32,000 nucleotides of DNA from Nitrosospira multiformis ATCC 25196. GTDB taxonomy: Bacteria; Pseudomonadota; Gammaproteobacteria; Burkholderiales; Nitrosomonadaceae. Below, one piece after another: positions 1 to 7,738 of the stretch; position 1 is the first letter of the stretch; the number at the start of each line of letters is the position of its first letter. A program made the translations under genes and the position numbers. The notes beneath the pieces are model-generated. The model was given only the letters and a program-made list of their open reading frames with translations, searched no databases and had not been told where the DNA came from. Where the stretch lies: positions 1,050,001-1,082,000 of the forward strand of contig NC_007614.1 in NCBI RefSeq assembly GCF_000196355.1. Direction: 5' to 3'.

Positions 1-225
1 GGAAGGAATGATATAACCGTACATGGTTTTCGCTCATCATTTCGAGACTGGGCTTCGGAATGCACAAATTTTCCAAGAGACGTATGTGAGATGGCGCTTG
101 CCCATACGATAAGCAATAAAGCAGAAGCAGCTTATCGTCGAGGAGACTTGTTCGAGAAGCGGAGGGTATTGATGGAAGAGTGGGCGGGATATTGCTACGA
201 TGGCTCAGCAATTATGTCAAGGTAA
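1..225 (+). CDS. Tyrosine recombinase / phage-type integrase, C-terminal fragment (5' end outside window)
   Basis: Frame 1 reads GRNDITVHGFRSSFRDWASECTNFPRDVCEMALAHTISNKAEAAYRRGDLFEKRRVLMEEWAGYCYDGSAIMSR*. It has the HGFRxxFRDWA box and the LAH...AYRRxDLxxKRRxLMxxWA C-terminus typical of P4-type integrases. Stop TAA at 223-225. Confidence 0.88.
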   Translation, partial: GRNDITVHGFRSSFRDWASECTNFPRDVCEMALAHTISNKAEAAYRRGDLFEKRRVLMEEWAGYCYDGSAIMSR

Positions 226-327
226 TAACTATAGGGAATGCTTCTGTTCGAATCATCTGCAAGAAGTACTTGCCAGTTTAGGCTTCTATAAAAAGTCAGA
301 GTCAGTTGTTGAATCTAATGGAGGGAA

Positions 328-380
328 CTTAAAATCCCTCGGGCTTAACCGCCCGTGCCGGTTCGATACGGCTGCGGGAC
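328..380 (+). repeat. tRNA-Leu-like 3'-half fragment, candidate att site duplicate
   Basis: CTTAAAATCCCTCGGGCTTAACCGCCCGTGCCGGTTCGATACGGCTGCGGG resembles the anticodon-loop/variable-arm/T-arm half of a UAA tRNA-Leu (TAAAATCCCTCGG ... GGTTCGA). The T stem is imperfect and there is no 5' half, so it is not an intact tRNA. It lies ~100 bp after the integrase stop. Confidence 0.6.
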
Positions 381-727
381 TAATATCCAAGAGCATAGAT
401 GTGTTCTAATCTTTCCGTCTATAATTATTTACTGTCAGGTTGACAACCCAGCCCAAAGCTGAAGTTGTTCTATTAGCATATTGCTAAACATCATACCGCT
501 GGCAGCTGGTCGGCTGTTCCTCGTCGACAACAACATCCCACCCATCTCCTCAAGCAGAGCCCACCTTTCCGTGCAGTGACTGTTTTTGAAAAGATTGCAG
601 CGTGTTCAAGGATCTGTCTTTATCAAAACTGTCTACCACAGCTGTTAGATTCACATATCATGGTGCAGAGGGAAGATAGGGCATCCTGCTTTTATTGACA
701 CCAGCCAAGCTCATTTGCATGAGAGCA

Positions 728-1663
728 TCAATCTCCCGATTTCTCATTCCTGGATGTTAACGAGTAATTTGAGCTGCGGATCGATTCTCCCGATGCGCGT
801 CGATGAACAGTTTGATGCATAACGCGCGTGTTCACACCCGGCACGCTCACCCTGCATTTTATGCCTGCAGGTAGTTTGGAATCATCATTGGCAATTTCCA
901 TTCGTACCCCAAAAGTACCGCTCGCTGTATCCATGACTTTATCTACGATTTTCACTCTGGCTTTATAAGACCCCCCCACAGGCGCCTCCGGAAATACTTC
1001 CAATAGTTGCCCTGGTTTGACCTTTCCATAAGCCTCGAGCGGGAGAAGTGTTTCTACATGTAAAACTGTAATATCCGCTATTTTCAAAATAATTTTCCGA
1101 TTATCACTCCTTGCGTCTGTCAACTCTCCAGGGTGCATCATCCGGTCGACGACAATTCCATTGAATGGACTTCTTACGGTCCGTAGACGTAGCTGTTCAC
1201 TGGCACGCCGGTACTCGAGCTGAGCCACGCGTTTATTATCCAGAGCCTCCTTTAGCTCTGCTTCAGCCAGTCGTTTCTCTGTCTCTGCTTCATCACGATC
1301 CTGTGTAGATACAAACTTCTGTGCAAGTAATTGTTCACGGCGATGATGCTTCAAGGTCGCATATTCGGATCGACTCTGGCTGGCCTGTATAGCACCTTCC
1401 ATAGTTGAACGGTATTTGGCAAGCTCGGTAGTCGCTTTTTCCAAGCCTGAATCCAGCGTTACAAGTATCTGACCAGTATTGACGGCGTCACCGCGATCCA
1501 CCCAGATTTTTTCGATAATTCCGGTCGTGCTCGGTCGGATCTCTACTATCTGGCGCGCCTCGATCAGGCAGTCAAACTCCCCTGCCCACCCAAATGCCGC
1601 CCCCCAAGAGGATACGCAGGCAAACGTAACTTGTGCCCAAAAGCGCCTCACATTAATAGTCAA
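728..1663 (-). CDS. HlyD-family periplasmic adaptor / membrane fusion protein (311 aa)
   Basis: Barrel-sandwich/lipoyl-like halves (GIIEKIWVDRGDAVNTGQILVTLDS ... LRTVRSPFNGIVVDRMMHPGELTD) flanking a coiled coil. N-terminal hydrophobic signal-like segment. Likely TTG start with upstream AAGGA. Starts 30 bp after the SecA-like gene. Confidence 0.85.
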   Translation of the reverse strand: MTINVRRFWAQVTFACVSSWGAAFGWAGEFDCLIEARQIVEIRPSTTGIIEKIWVDRGDAVNTGQILVTLDSGLEKATTELAKYRSTMEGAIQASQSRSEYATLKHHRREQLLAQKFVSTQDRDEAETEKRLAEAELKEALDNKRVAQLEYRRASEQLRLRTVRSPFNGIVVDRMMHPGELTDARSDNRKIILKIADITVLHVETLLPLEAYGKVKPGQLLEVFPEAPVGGSYKARVKIVDKVMDTASGTFGVRMEIANDDSKLPAGIKCRVSVPGVNTRVMHQTVHRRASGESIRSSNYSLTSRNEKSGD

Positions 1664-1693
1664 CGTTTGATTCCTTCCAATCGAGATATATCA

Positions 1694-3694
1694 TCACTCT
1701 CCACGTCCCGCAAAAGCCAGCATCTTCGCTAGTCGTTGATCTTCCAGCACAGTCTGGCGACGTATTCTCGAGTAATACCGTTCTGATGATCGTTGTGCCG
1801 ATCCCCGCAGCAGTTTTGCTTTCATGCCGGTTATTACATTACTGAAACTTGAATTGCTCATAACCCTACGAGCCATCTCTCCCGAAAATAGAACAAATAG
1901 CTCGTCTTCCAAGGAGACAATGGATTCGTAACTTCCCTTATCCCCCTGGCGTCCAGCACGTCCATAAAGTTGTCGGTCGATGCGGGGCGATTCGTGGAAC
2001 TCAGACAAAATTACGTGCAATCCTCCTCTATCCGATACGCCAGATTCCAATTTAATATCAGTACCGCGCCCCGCCATATTCGTCGCGACTGTGACACGAC
2101 CAACGCGGCCGGCCTGCTCAACGACAGTTGCCTCGTCTTCATCCTGGCGAGCATTAATCACGCTATGTTCGATTCCTTCTGTCTTGAGCAGGCTACTCAA
2201 ATGCTCCGAAGCAGCTACCGAACGCGTTCCAATCAGAACGGGACGACCTTCATCGCGAACACGCCGTATACTTTTCAGTACCGCATCCCAACGGGATGCG
2301 GTATCGAGAAAGATTCTCGTTCCCAAATTCTTTCGCTGTACCGCACGATTAGTTGGAATTCGCAGCACGTCCAGCCCGAATATGGCACTTAACTCGCCCA
2401 CCACCTCGGCTGCGGTGCCAGTCATACCGCCAAGCCGCAGATATCGTCTAAAAAACCGCTGATATGTTATGCGAGAAATGGTTTTACGACGATCGGTAAG
2501 CGCACATCCTTCCTTTACTTCAATCATCTGGTGCAATCCGCTTTCCCAAGTCCGATCCGACATGACTCTTCCGGTATATTCATCTACAATCTGCACCTTC
2601 TCATCCTTTACGATGTAGTGCTTGTCGCGCATGTACAGCAACTGGGCTGCCAGGGCCTGCTCGATCAACTCGAAGCGGGCGCGTGCAACTTGCCAAACGC
2701 CAGGAAGGTTGCCACAGATGTTCGTAATGTGATCACGACCGGCAGGAGTCAACTGGATCAACTTATCAGCAGCAAAAATCCGAAAATGCAGTCCATCTCG
2801 AAGTTGTCGGCAAAAATCCAATGCTCTCCGGTAGTCATCGACTCCTTGCTTGTCAGACACACTGCTGGAAATGATGAGCGGGGTTCGCGCCTCGTCAATG
2901 AGCACGCTGTCTGCTTCATCGACAATCCCAAAAAATAACCCACGTAAGTAAGCTCTGGAATTCTCGTCACCCCTGAACAGGCGAGCTACAGCGCGGCGGG
3001 CATCCGAGACATCGCGATTAGAGTCAATCCGGTCACGCAGATAATCGAATACTAGATCTTTGTTGACGCAATAGGTGACATCACAACCATAGGCATTCCG
3101 TCGTGTTTCCGGATCCTGATCTGGAACCACCATTCCCACGTCAAGGCCAAAAAACTCATACACCGGTCGCATAAATCTGGCATCACGCCGGACAAGATAT
3201 TCATTTACCGTAATTACATGAACTGGTAAACCTGACAGGGCCACCGCTATCGCGGGAAGTACCGCGGTGAGTGATTTACCCTCTCCGGTTTGCATCTCCG
3301 CCAGCTTCCCGGCCAATATTACCCGGCCACCGATCAGCTGCACCGGAAAATGCCGCAATCCCAGTTTACGGCCGCAAACTTCCCTTACCAATGAAAAAAC
3401 TTCAATCGTCAGATCTTCCGTTAACCCTTGGCGGGCAAGCTTCACCCTAAGATCGTCCACGCACGCAGCGAGCTCTGCTTCAGATAAAGCGGAGAGAGCG
3501 TTGCTTCGATGCACAACCTTGTCCGCAAAGCTCCTCAAGCGTTTAAGTCGAAGATGGGATGCCCATAACCGCGCTTGCCCAAGCGATGAGCCTAAAAAGC
3601 GATCCAGAGCATTATCATTCGTATCCAGCCGCTCCGGATAAGGTGCTGGGGCAAGGCTGTTTATTCTCCAGGCAGCAAGCAAGGCTTTAGACAT
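1694..3694 (-). CDS. SecA-like preprotein translocase ATPase paralog (~666 aa from the likely start MSKALLAAWR)
   Basis: SecA signatures: LAEMQTGEGKSLTAVLPA, TVNEYLVRRDARFM, DEADSVLIDEARTPLIISS, TNMAGRGTDIKL, GGLHVILSEFHESPRIDRQLYGRAGRQGDKG. The ORF track extends to 3799, but an ATG at 3694 gives an 8-bp overlap with the upstream gene. No C-terminal Cys/His zinc-binding tail is seen. Confidence 0.88.
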   Translation of the reverse strand: MSKALLAAWRINSLAPAPYPERLDTNDNALDRFLGSSLGQARLWASHLRLKRLRSFADKVVHRSNALSALSEAELAACVDDLRVKLARQGLTEDLTIEVFSLVREVCGRKLGLRHFPVQLIGGRVILAGKLAEMQTGEGKSLTAVLPAIAVALSGLPVHVITVNEYLVRRDARFMRPVYEFFGLDVGMVVPDQDPETRRNAYGCDVTYCVNKDLVFDYLRDRIDSNRDVSDARRAVARLFRGDENSRAYLRGLFFGIVDEADSVLIDEARTPLIISSSVSDKQGVDDYRRALDFCRQLRDGLHFRIFAADKLIQLTPAGRDHITNICGNLPGVWQVARARFELIEQALAAQLLYMRDKHYIVKDEKVQIVDEYTGRVMSDRTWESGLHQMIEVKEGCALTDRRKTISRITYQRFFRRYLRLGGMTGTAAEVVGELSAIFGLDVLRIPTNRAVQRKNLGTRIFLDTASRWDAVLKSIRRVRDEGRPVLIGTRSVAASEHLSSLLKTEGIEHSVINARQDEDEATVVEQAGRVGRVTVATNMAGRGTDIKLESGVSDRGGLHVILSEFHESPRIDRQLYGRAGRQGDKGSYESIVSLEDELFVLFSGEMARRVMSNSSFSNVITGMKAKLLRGSAQRSSERYYSRIRRQTVLEDQRLAKMLAFAGRGE

Positions 3695-5834
3695 TGAAGT
3701 TCGATAACAGGAGTTGCCGCGATGCCCGGTACCAGCGGAATGCCAGGGGTTCTGGAGCGAGATCAAAACGGACATGGACACGCGCTCCCAGTGACACATC
3801 TCCTACCGATGGAGGAAGCAGCAAATCGAACTGGAATACGCGCGCAAGTGTTTTCGTTCCATTCTCATCACGAGGATCAGTGGCGTGAATTCCACCATGC
3901 TCAAGCGCCAATGCCTTGCTGGGAAGCTGGTCGCGCCCGCCGGGCACCTCCCGCAACACCTGTGCCGGATAAGTATCGCTCAGGCGATCGATCAACTTGA
4001 GATGTACGCTTTTGAGGCCACTGCGAACAACATCGATGTCATCCTGGGTAAGCACAACTCGAACCGTTCTTATTGGCCCTTCCAATACATATCCCACGAG
4101 TTCCCCTTGTTGCATAAATTTACCCGGTAAATCGGGTGCGTTTGGAATTACCAGTCGCCCTGATGTCCGAGCTTCTACCATCAACTCCTCGACACGATTT
4201 TCCAGTCTGGCTAGCAGAGTGCGCTCTTTTTCCAGTTCGTCATGGGTAATAGCCGCCTGTAAGCGGTCTTCAAGAAAGCTTGATGAGTATTGAACCACCA
4301 ATTGGTCTACTCGTGACCGCTGGGATAACAATTGCGTGATGAGGTCAGGATCACTGGACTCAATCACCATTTCTCCCTTGTTAACCTGCACTCCCGAATC
4401 CACCAATAACCGCTGCACGAACCCTGCGGTGTTTGCCCGAATCTCCGCATCTTCCGGTATCCAGATCACGCCTTCGGCATGACGATAAAACGGCATAGGT
4501 ACCGCCAAAGAGAACAGGACGATGAAGGCAATTCCCCCCAAAGTGACACCTACTGCACGGCGCCGCTGCCGATGAAGCGCGGGGCTATAAAACACATGAT
4601 GAATTCCCTTCACGATTGGAATTACGAGCATACTGGCAACACTCCACATCGCAAGGATCACCCCGACAAAGAATAACTCGCCTGCAATGAACACGACGAT
4701 TGCAAATGTCACAAACAGCCTATAAGCGAATGACGCCAGCGCGTAAAACACCAGCCATAATCGCTCGCTTCTGGTTTCTGGGAGCGGCTGTACATCCCGT
4801 TTTCGGAATGCATAACGCTGGACAAGGTATCCCACGTACTGGTTGGCGCGACTGGCGAGATTTGGAATCTCGATCAGGTCGCTAAGAATGTAGTAACCGT
4901 CAAAACGTAATAGCGGATTGCCGTTAAAGACAATGGTGGATAGCCCGGCAACGAAAATCACGTTAAAGGCCAAAGCGTGGATTATTCCATGTTCAACTAC
5001 CAGCCATACATACATGGCCAGAGCAGCCAGGAACAACTCGACCATCATTCCGGCCGCTCCAACCAGAGCACGACGCCGCTTACTGCGAAATGCCGTTGCG
5101 GCGGTTGCGTCCACGTAAGGAACAGGCATCAGCACGAGGAGCATGATTCCCATTTCATGCACTTCGCCGCCACCGGCCTTGGTCGTATAGGCATGGCCCA
5201 GTTCATGCAGCAGTTTCACCAGAGGAAAAACCAGCCAAAGGGCGAGCAGATTGCTGGATGACAAAACCCGGTCACTGAGGTTCTGCGTCAAATCCTCCCA
5301 GTGGGAGGCTGTCATGATTAAAGCGGGTGTCACCACTGCCAGCCAGAGAAGGCCGCCACGCCAGGTGAAGAGCCACTTAAGATAGGGATAAGTGAGGTTG
5401 ATGAAACGATCCGGATCCCACAGGGGAAAACGGATCGACATCGGATTCAGGAAATTTTTTATCCATTTCGACTGCCGTTGCTTGACTCTGCGTTGGGATA
5501 GCTCCAGCAAATCCGGCGACACATCACTTTGCAGTATGTCTGCCATATGCAACTGGGTAAGGAGTTGAATCATGTCGTCCTGAGACGGCGCCGCTGCCTC
5601 AAGCTCCTTTGCAACCAGCACCCAGATTTCCTCGACGGTATGTTTCCCGTCCATCAGGCTGATAGCGAGATATGCACCCGGCGCGAAACGATGCATGCGG
5701 CCTGTGGCCGGATCCTGTAATACATACCAGGCCCGCCCCCGAAAACGATGGCGGTGCACCTTGGCATGCGTCCGCAGGACCGGTTTCAGATCAGCGACAC
5801 GATACCAGGAGCTACTCAGGGAAGATTCAGCCAC
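3687..5834 (-). CDS. PqqD-like + M50 (site-2-protease-type) membrane metallopeptidase + HlyD-like adaptor fusion (715 aa)
   Basis: N-terminal PqqD-like segment. Multiple TM helices with HELGHAY zinc motif (~5190-5210) and NPLLRFDGYYILSD second motif. C-terminal HlyD-type region (IRANTAGFVQRLLVDSGVQVNKGEMVIES...). GTG start with AGGAAG upstream. Confidence 0.87.
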   Translation of the reverse strand: MAESSLSSSWYRVADLKPVLRTHAKVHRHRFRGRAWYVLQDPATGRMHRFAPGAYLAISLMDGKHTVEEIWVLVAKELEAAAPSQDDMIQLLTQLHMADILQSDVSPDLLELSQRRVKQRQSKWIKNFLNPMSIRFPLWDPDRFINLTYPYLKWLFTWRGGLLWLAVVTPALIMTASHWEDLTQNLSDRVLSSSNLLALWLVFPLVKLLHELGHAYTTKAGGGEVHEMGIMLLVLMPVPYVDATAATAFRSKRRRALVGAAGMMVELFLAALAMYVWLVVEHGIIHALAFNVIFVAGLSTIVFNGNPLLRFDGYYILSDLIEIPNLASRANQYVGYLVQRYAFRKRDVQPLPETRSERLWLVFYALASFAYRLFVTFAIVVFIAGELFFVGVILAMWSVASMLVIPIVKGIHHVFYSPALHRQRRRAVGVTLGGIAFIVLFSLAVPMPFYRHAEGVIWIPEDAEIRANTAGFVQRLLVDSGVQVNKGEMVIESSDPDLITQLLSQRSRVDQLVVQYSSSFLEDRLQAAITHDELEKERTLLARLENRVEELMVEARTSGRLVIPNAPDLPGKFMQQGELVGYVLEGPIRTVRVVLTQDDIDVVRSGLKSVHLKLIDRLSDTYPAQVLREVPGGRDQLPSKALALEHGGIHATDPRDENGTKTLARVFQFDLLLPPSVGDVSLGARVHVRFDLAPEPLAFRWYRASRQLLLSNFNV

Positions 5835-5858
5835 TACCTGCTTCCTATGGATTCAGGT

Positions 5859-7703
5859 TCACGGCAGCCAGTTCCAGCTCAGCATACGCAGCCAGTCGAT
5901 AAATCGATGGGTCCATATCCAGATCAACGTTCGTTCACCGACACTAATTTTCCCTACGCCCTCCATCCCGGGGCGAAGTCGTGGAGGGGCATGCTGAAGC
6001 TTCGCCTCGACACGAAAATAATTGTGCCCCTCTTCGGCTTCGGCGATTGAGATATTGATCACCTCCAGAGGCATGGACTCGGCTGATAGGCCGGACAGAA
6101 CAATAGTGCCTTTTTGTCCTGCCGCCACATCACGAATATCCCGCTCATCGACCTTGAGTATGACCCTGTAGGCATCGAGCGGTGCAACTTCAAACAAAAG
6201 TTTCCCTCGCTCCACCGGGCTTCCAAACATCTGGCTCAGATCACCCGTCACCACGATCCCGTCAAAAGGGGCACGAATGGCAGTGCGCGCCAGCTTTTCT
6301 TCCACGAGGGTCAGCTGGGCCTCCGCTTGCGCGACTTGCGCCACCAGAATACGAACTTGCGGTCGATCTCGTTTGGCAAGCGCATCGCGGTACTTACGAT
6401 CATTCTGCTCAAATTCGCTCAGCCATTTCTGGCGCTCTACCAGCAAATCGCGATCATCCAGCTTGGCAAGCAATTGTCCGTGTTTCACGGTTTGACCGGC
6501 CCGTATATAAGCTTGAGCGATATAGCCTTCAAAGGGCGCAACGACCGCCCGCTGGACCTCACCTTCCAGCACTGCTTTGGCGGGGACCCGGTATTCAGCT
6601 TCAAATACCGAAATGAAAATCAGAAATGCCAGCAGGAAAGCAGCAGCGTAGCGGAAACTCGGGCGACGTGGATCCACCAGAGCTTGAGCAGCTGCGCGCA
6701 GCTGCTGCGCGGAGCGACCCGCAATCCAATGAGTCGCATCCTCTTTCATATCCAAGATGGGGCCGATTAACGACGCCGTAGCCTGGCATAGCTCCACGTC
6801 GGCGAGCATAAAGCGTGTTTCTGCTCGCTCCAATGTAATCACGCCCACGCCTCGCCCGGCGCTCCACAGTACTATGGACAGAACCGAACCTGTCTTGGCT
6901 ATATCCTTGTTTGCTACCGCAATGCCTTTGGTCAGTCCCTCGATCGGGGGATATGCGATGGTTTTACGCTGATCGAGCGCTTCGTCCATGGCATTCTCGA
7001 TTTCGGTCACAAACTGGCTTTTTTTTTCAAACCAGGCAGAGTTGGAAAGTGCAATCAGGTGAACCTGATTTTTTCGCTCCATGCCAATCGCGATTCGCGT
7101 GCAGGCAAGACGTTTGCATAGTTCGTTTGCAATCGCGAGGGAAGCATCTTCGAGCTTTGGGTGTTCTCCTGCCAGCGCGGCTACATCCAGCGCTATCGCC
7201 GCGCGTTCCAGTTGCCGAGAATCGTCAGTACTTTTCTGGCGCCAGAAATGGGATTCAAACCATCCCATTCCCCAACTTAATTGCTGATTTATCTTTTGCA
7301 GCGCGGCAGCGGGACGCTGCGTGACCTCAAGCGCTACCGCTCCGTGCAGGCGTCCATTCAGCTCGATGGGCCAGGTAATCAGAATCGTTTGATCGGTTTT
7401 TCCGGGCTGCGTGTTGCCTGCCCGGCAAATAAGGCACTTTTGCACGGCGCTGCCAAGATGAGTGACATCCCGTGTTCCATGAGGCCAAATACCTGCTGGA
7501 ACATAAGTATTAGCGGATTCCTCTATTACAAGAAGGCCCGTTTCGACCCCGTCCAGCATGCCGCACAGACGCCCAAGCCATGCTTGTGAAGGGCCTTGGC
7601 CAGTGCGGTATCCGCTGGAAACGCCGTATAGAGTTACTTGATCTTTTGATTCAGCAGAAATCCCTGGGGTCGAAGTCTCTGCATTCGACGCGGGCTGTGT
7701 CAC
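5859..7703 (-). CDS. GAF-like domain + HlyD-family adaptor (614 aa)
   Basis: GAF-like N-terminal region (LAIANELCKRLACTRIAIGMERKNQVHLIALS...VLSIVLWSAGRGVGVITLERAE), one TM helix (AAAFLLAFLIFISVFEAEYRVPAKAVLEGEVQRAVVAPFEGYIAQAYIRAGQTVKHGQLLAKLDDRDL), then coiled coil and lipoyl/barrel halves. GTG start. Confidence 0.82.
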   Translation of the reverse strand: MTQPASNAETSTPGISAESKDQVTLYGVSSGYRTGQGPSQAWLGRLCGMLDGVETGLLVIEESANTYVPAGIWPHGTRDVTHLGSAVQKCLICRAGNTQPGKTDQTILITWPIELNGRLHGAVALEVTQRPAAALQKINQQLSWGMGWFESHFWRQKSTDDSRQLERAAIALDVAALAGEHPKLEDASLAIANELCKRLACTRIAIGMERKNQVHLIALSNSAWFEKKSQFVTEIENAMDEALDQRKTIAYPPIEGLTKGIAVANKDIAKTGSVLSIVLWSAGRGVGVITLERAETRFMLADVELCQATASLIGPILDMKEDATHWIAGRSAQQLRAAAQALVDPRRPSFRYAAAFLLAFLIFISVFEAEYRVPAKAVLEGEVQRAVVAPFEGYIAQAYIRAGQTVKHGQLLAKLDDRDLLVERQKWLSEFEQNDRKYRDALAKRDRPQVRILVAQVAQAEAQLTLVEEKLARTAIRAPFDGIVVTGDLSQMFGSPVERGKLLFEVAPLDAYRVILKVDERDIRDVAAGQKGTIVLSGLSAESMPLEVINISIAEAEEGHNYFRVEAKLQHAPPRLRPGMEGVGKISVGERTLIWIWTHRFIDWLRMLSWNWLP

Positions 7704-7738
7704 TTAACTACCCCTGTCTGGTCTGTCACTCATTTGTT

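Noticed and set aside
328-380. Intact tRNA gene
   Set aside because: Only the 3'-half pattern is present and the T stem is imperfect. Treated as an att-like fragment instead.
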